The notes beneath the pieces were generated by a model. It searched no databases. It was not told the origin of the DNA and was given only the letters and a program-made list of their open reading frames with translations. Below, in pieces: positions 61,301-64,000 of a DNA stretch of 64,000 bases. Position 1 is the first letter of the stretch; each line of letters begins with the position of its first letter. Both the position numbers and the translations under genes were made by a program. The stretch comes from Patescibacteria group bacterium (GTDB lineage Bacteria; Patescibacteriota; Gracilibacteria; UBA1369; GCA-2718715), in NCBI GenBank assembly GCA_965660075.1, contig CBFHYO010000065.1:538-64537 (forward strand), written 5' to 3'.

Positions 61301-64000
61301 AATATAATACATCGATATCTGTGTCTAAATCTAAATCGGCCATTGTAACTCTGATTTTTTCTTGTGTATGTGTTGAGTTTTTAATAATGTTTGTGACTTG
61401 GTTTTGATTGTCAGTAACGTATACACCAGTTTGCTGATCTTGGATTGGTTGAATCTCATCTACTCTATCTATATCAATATATTCAGTGAAAGCAATTGGC
61501 ATGGATGTGACAACGTTTTTAGAAATTACTTTGTTTGATACTTGAGGAGTTTGACTTGCAATTAATTTTGGTGCTACTTGTGTGTAATCGCCATGAATCT
61601 TATTGTTTTGTAAATAGTCTTGTAATTGAGCAAGGGTTTGTTTGGATTTAGGATCTAAATATTTATAGTTAGCAATTTTTTGAGAACTTGGAATTTCTGC
61701 TGCAAGTTTGTTAAGTGTCTCAAAATCAATAGGCTCTATTTGTGCTTTTAGATGAGTGTTAACTTTTTTATATTCGGCTATTTTATCAAGTGACTGATTG
61801 ATAGTTTCAATTTCTTGTGGCAACTCTGCTATTACATCTACTAAAGATTTATCTTGTGGCAATTTAGCCCCCAGGTCTTCTAACCCCGAAAGTACTTGAA
61901 TTTCTTGTGAGAGATCTTCTTCTACTTGGTCTACTAAGTTTTGATAAAACAGAAGTACGTTTTGCAAATTCTGATTCCAGCTACTTGCTGGTTGTTGCAC
62001 AAGATCGACAAGCTTATCGAAACCAAAATTAAGTTTGGATTGTAATGTTACTTTGTATTTTTCGACATACTCTCCAGAATACCCAGGATATGTGATCTTG
62101 AATGCTTTATCTATTGGTAAGACTGGTGTAAGAGGTCGATTTGTAATTGACTCGATAGATGCTCCCAATTTGTTTTCTGGAATAGGTGTGAGACCTTTTC
62201 TAATAATACACATTAGATCGAATACATTTTGGACAAACTCCATTGGTGCTTCGAGTCTACCAGCAAGATCTAAATCTAGCTGACTAATATCTGGTGGATT
62301 TGGTAACACAGGTAAAGAGAATGTGTTTAGGGGTGGGAATGGAGGCAACTCGATTTCTAGTTTTGGTGGCTCTGGAATTAGTGGAACTTCGATCCCCTCT
62401 ACAAAAGCAATAAAATCTAATCTTGGTGCATCTGGCCAGATAATAACTGGTTTAAATTCTGGCAACTCTACAATTTGTCTGGTGATTTTTGGTACAGGTA
62501 TGTCTATTTCTAACCCTCCTTGGATGTCTGTTAAATCTAGAACAAAATCCGGGAATACATCAAATCGTAGGACTGGAAGTTCTGGAGCTCCTAAAAGTAG
62601 ATTGAAAATAAGTTGTAATTCGGCATTACTTCTATCTGTTCGACAATCATCACATTGGCTAATAAAGTTAGCAGAAATATCTAATAATAAATTAAAATCT
62701 CTGATTAAATTTTGGACAGTTTGGATAGCACTTGTCCATGATTGAATTTGAGCTGTGTTTTTATCTATAAAAGATAACCACTCGCCTAGAACTACATCGA
62801 GATATTTTGCAGCTTGATCTGAATAAAAATATAGAATGTTTTCGATTTCGAAGATTTGTTTTGGAACATCTCTGTAGGCTCTTAGGATTTCGAGGTTTTC
62901 AGAAAGATTGCCAACAAACCCCTCAAATGCAAGACTCAGCTGAATACATGACTGGGCATTTGGATCTGGTGGAGTTTGTCTGAGTTTTCTTTCATTGGCA
63001 ATTTTTAGGAAATTGGTTAGTTCTTTGTTTTTTACCATGTCTTCGATCAGCTTTGTTGTACCTCCAGCAAATGAATAACCTTTGTAGGCTTGTTCTATGG
63101 CCCCTACATAATCTCTGAAGGTTGAGTAATCTCGTTTGTTGTATCTGAATACAACTCCTAAGTCAGTAAGATCACCTGGAATGTCTGTCTGATCCCAAGT
63201 TGTAAACAGTGAGCCAAATATTTTACCAAATTCAACTGTTTGTTGCTGCTCTTGAGTTAAACCACTAACAGGTATGTCTCTTAGAGACTCTGCTTCTTGG
63301 ACTTTTTCTGCAAACTGGTTGAATTTTTCTATATCTGCTTCTGGCAAACAACCCCACCGTGATAAAGCATTCAGAAAAGAAATCATATTAGCCTGCAAGG
63401 TAAGTAAAATATCTTTTTGATATTTTAATAAAATTTTTGGAGGCAACTCTGGAATATTAAAATTAACTGGAACTGTATTTAGGTTGATAGCTGGCATTTT
63501 AGAAAGCTCTGCGAGTAGATCTTCTGGTCTTTTGCTTAATTTGGTCCAGAAAGATTTTTTGGCTTGATTAAATTCTTGCTCTGTTTCGTAGCCACCACAT
63601 TCTTGTTTTTTAGCTTGAAAAACTGGACAGTTTGGAAATGGGTTGAATTTATCTACTTCGGGACCAGAAATCAGGTAACCAAATTCTTCTTTGGCTCCTT
63701 TGATAGGATCTGAAATACTAAAATCAGAATTAGGAGAAAAGTCTGGAATGATAATTGTTATATCTGGTACATCGAATGCTTTTACAATTTCTGAAACTTG
63801 ATTTACAAACCAATTAGAAACAAATCCTGGGAAACCAGGCAGGGTTATGTTTTTGTCTGCAGTACTCTCAAGTCCAATCCCTGTAGCTGACTCGATTCCA
63901 TTTGCAACAATATCTTGAGCACGATTGAGTATGCCAATTACAACTTGATTAATAGCGTCACAGGCTGGACCTAAATCAAATAAAGATGCAAACCAACATG
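58377..64000 (-). CDS. Giant cell-surface protein with three C-proximal SLH repeats (5' end outside the window)
   Basis: The track ORF 58377-63497 is 1706 aa. My hand translation of the same frame stays open with no stop and no Met from 63498 to the window edge, adding 167 codons. It contains three SLH-like repeats (about 58900-59530, e.g. FFPNKLITRAEYAKIILKVL and KKLTRIEFAEIAKRTL). A DxDxDGxxDxD calcium-type motif (VDSDNDGIRDNDKN) lies at about 60634-60690. Proline-rich and Q-rich coiled segments are also present. Confidence 0.75.
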   Translation of the reverse strand, partial: CWFASLFDLGPACDAINQVVIGILNRAQDIVANGIESATGIGLESTADKNITLPGFPGFVSNWFVNQVSEIVKAFDVPDITIIIPDFSPNSDFSISDPIKGAKEEFGYLISGPEVDKFNPFPNCPVFQAKKQECGGYETEQEFNQAKKSFWTKLSKRPEDLLAELSKMPAINLNTVPVNFNIPELPPKILLKYQKDILLTLQANMISFLNALSRWGCLPEADIEKFNQFAEKVQEAESLRDIPVSGLTQEQQQTVEFGKIFGSLFTTWDQTDIPGDLTDLGVVFRYNKRDYSTFRDYVGAIEQAYKGYSFAGGTTKLIEDMVKNKELTNFLKIANERKLRQTPPDPNAQSCIQLSLAFEGFVGNLSENLEILRAYRDVPKQIFEIENILYFYSDQAAKYLDVVLGEWLSFIDKNTAQIQSWTSAIQTVQNLIRDFNLLLDISANFISQCDDCRTDRSNAELQLIFNLLLGAPELPVLRFDVFPDFVLDLTDIQGGLEIDIPVPKITRQIVELPEFKPVIIWPDAPRLDFIAFVEGIEVPLIPEPPKLEIELPPFPPLNTFSLPVLPNPPDISQLDLDLAGRLEAPMEFVQNVFDLMCIIRKGLTPIPENKLGASIESITNRPLTPVLPIDKAFKITYPGYSGEYVEKYKVTLQSKLNFGFDKLVDLVQQPASSWNQNLQNVLLFYQNLVDQVEEDLSQEIQVLSGLEDLGAKLPQDKSLVDVIAELPQEIETINQSLDKIAEYKKVNTHLKAQIEPIDFETLNKLAAEIPSSQKIANYKYLDPKSKQTLAQLQDYLQNNKIHGDYTQVAPKLIASQTPQVSNKVISKNVVTSMPIAFTEYIDIDRVDEIQPIQDQQTGVYVTDNQNQVTNIIKNSTHTQEKIRVTMADLDLDTDIDVLYSAGNEFYIKENYSELTSRISRAKRPSVFQFENVFQENSKLDMQSNETSFTSNHNSVQIQLPAELGSSSVVVEIYKNSLQARNPYKKIVVSNQVESNQNVSSARINQVQILRDDFAQMQTIQSTPSSINIPLDLGIYSYDVFIVDQLTTKAFQRNINFTVDICADRTPPTITLTPQVQKLVYRATHNFDLSESFDSESGLKDLFVDTNLDVDSDNDGIRDNDKNINFNINSPIKEFTFGPFTEFNNKSFKVYASDFANNKSESLFNYPIQTPKINITEVNKTHIKGVISPVAANMPLEIVQKKSGSSEIFAETSTNSAGEFTILMSEVASDQNPDLNPEQIDQLINNPLETPIIISNPEVGELFDISRANGNVISKHPKASIKVRSNSTDTNSSNYQLFFEDDYLTSIHKTGDNNLSVNQLEVLEQLVSATNPVSIVDMDNNDQINLESIGFENPALRGSVFIKDDSNNTVVFILKPNGSNIVSHPQIKLELEKITDLNQDQKVFISYKNKIVAAYLVKSSSPTSLVKPFSSSNTQAPVVQTQSNPDTNTTEQEVFTQDISDILNQFKNKHNLTDAQMAEILAMLSDQSKDELANKTPTFADIDPNSKEAQTLRYLQEKGIIEGSKVGGLRYFFPNKLITRAEYAKIILKVLCISPRPESYLQPSVFDDIAFGELIPWFYDETKETFLLGLFEGYKGERNTSSLLTPFKPLNPISQIEAVKVIMQALDLLNVIDTSDFKEVEPWYQNYLDYSLNLTPIQVGDLKQTFLLTETESKNPDKKLTRIEFAEIAKRTLDIRNCIADREALNLPTEDIFEQSAADQIQATQDLQAQKLLQDPNRVALLESLANQLADLIKQAQTPTSTTQDSEALDSTQLKQQSQAEQLEAQAESIQSQLEQISASVKIEITDQDNTQSVVSINPESNILEDIACDQCPCQYTIESEEFLSESDVFFAILRNPDKTLVLDKSNALTITNE

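Noticed and set aside
1-64000. Alternative genetic code (UGA read as Gly or Trp, as in some candidate phyla and Mollicutes).
   Set aside because: Conserved proteins are full length in the standard code. TGA terminates genes at sensible points, such as the XerC-like gene at 29819-29821 and the 149-aa membrane protein at 35971-35973. No conserved gene appears split at TGA.

Overview
The window is an AT-rich, very gene-dense bacterial chromosome segment that reads cleanly in the standard code. TGA is used as a stop, for example at 29819-29821 and 35971-35973. About 60 CDS, three tRNAs (Gly-UCC, initiator Met-CAU, Arg-CCU) and several clear rho-independent terminators are supported. No rRNA, CRISPR array, transposase or prophage genes are visible.

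Most genes are housekeeping:
- Translation, tRNA and rRNA modification: rsmI (fragment), miaB, alaS, rlmD-like, cca, tsaD, two hisS-like genes, mnmA, rpsO, pnp and a beta-CASP RNase.
- Recombination and competence: recA-recX, dprA, a PilB/GspE ATPase and three pseudopilin genes.
- Transcription: nusA, nrdR.
- Metabolism: enolase and malic enzyme.
- Envelope: two glycosyltransferases, DUF4012, uppP, an M23/LysM peptidase, an O-antigen-ligase-like protein, murG, ftsW, lspA, DsbA-like proteins and SLH-domain proteins.

The style suggests a reduced-genome Patescibacteria/CPR- or Peregrinibacteria-like organism: short genes, leaders without a Shine-Dalgarno sequence, an AlaRS lacking its C-terminal domain, DUF4012, and pili plus DprA. 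This is only an impression and cannot be verified without database searches.

The best candidate for something new is a translationally coupled minus-strand operon at 53581-64000. It encodes a giant SLH-anchored protein that runs off the window edge (at least 1,873 codons in view), four Sec-secreted helical proteins that each end in a near-terminal cysteine, and an SPFH protein. I could not assign any of the first five to a known family.

Other points worth a second look:
- A 660-aa protein with a HicA-like C-terminal domain.
- A bacterial-type HisRS paralog with a degenerate active site, next to an archaeal/eukaryal-type HisRS.
- Two-copy tandem duplications immediately 3' of tRNA-Gly (including a tRNA 3' fragment) and of tRNA-Arg.
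- An 817-bp structured non-coding gap upstream of miaB.
- A palindrome inside the recA promoter spacer.
- A DsbA / cysteine-rich membrane protein operon.

All functional calls come from motif recognition by eye. No searches or folding programs were run.
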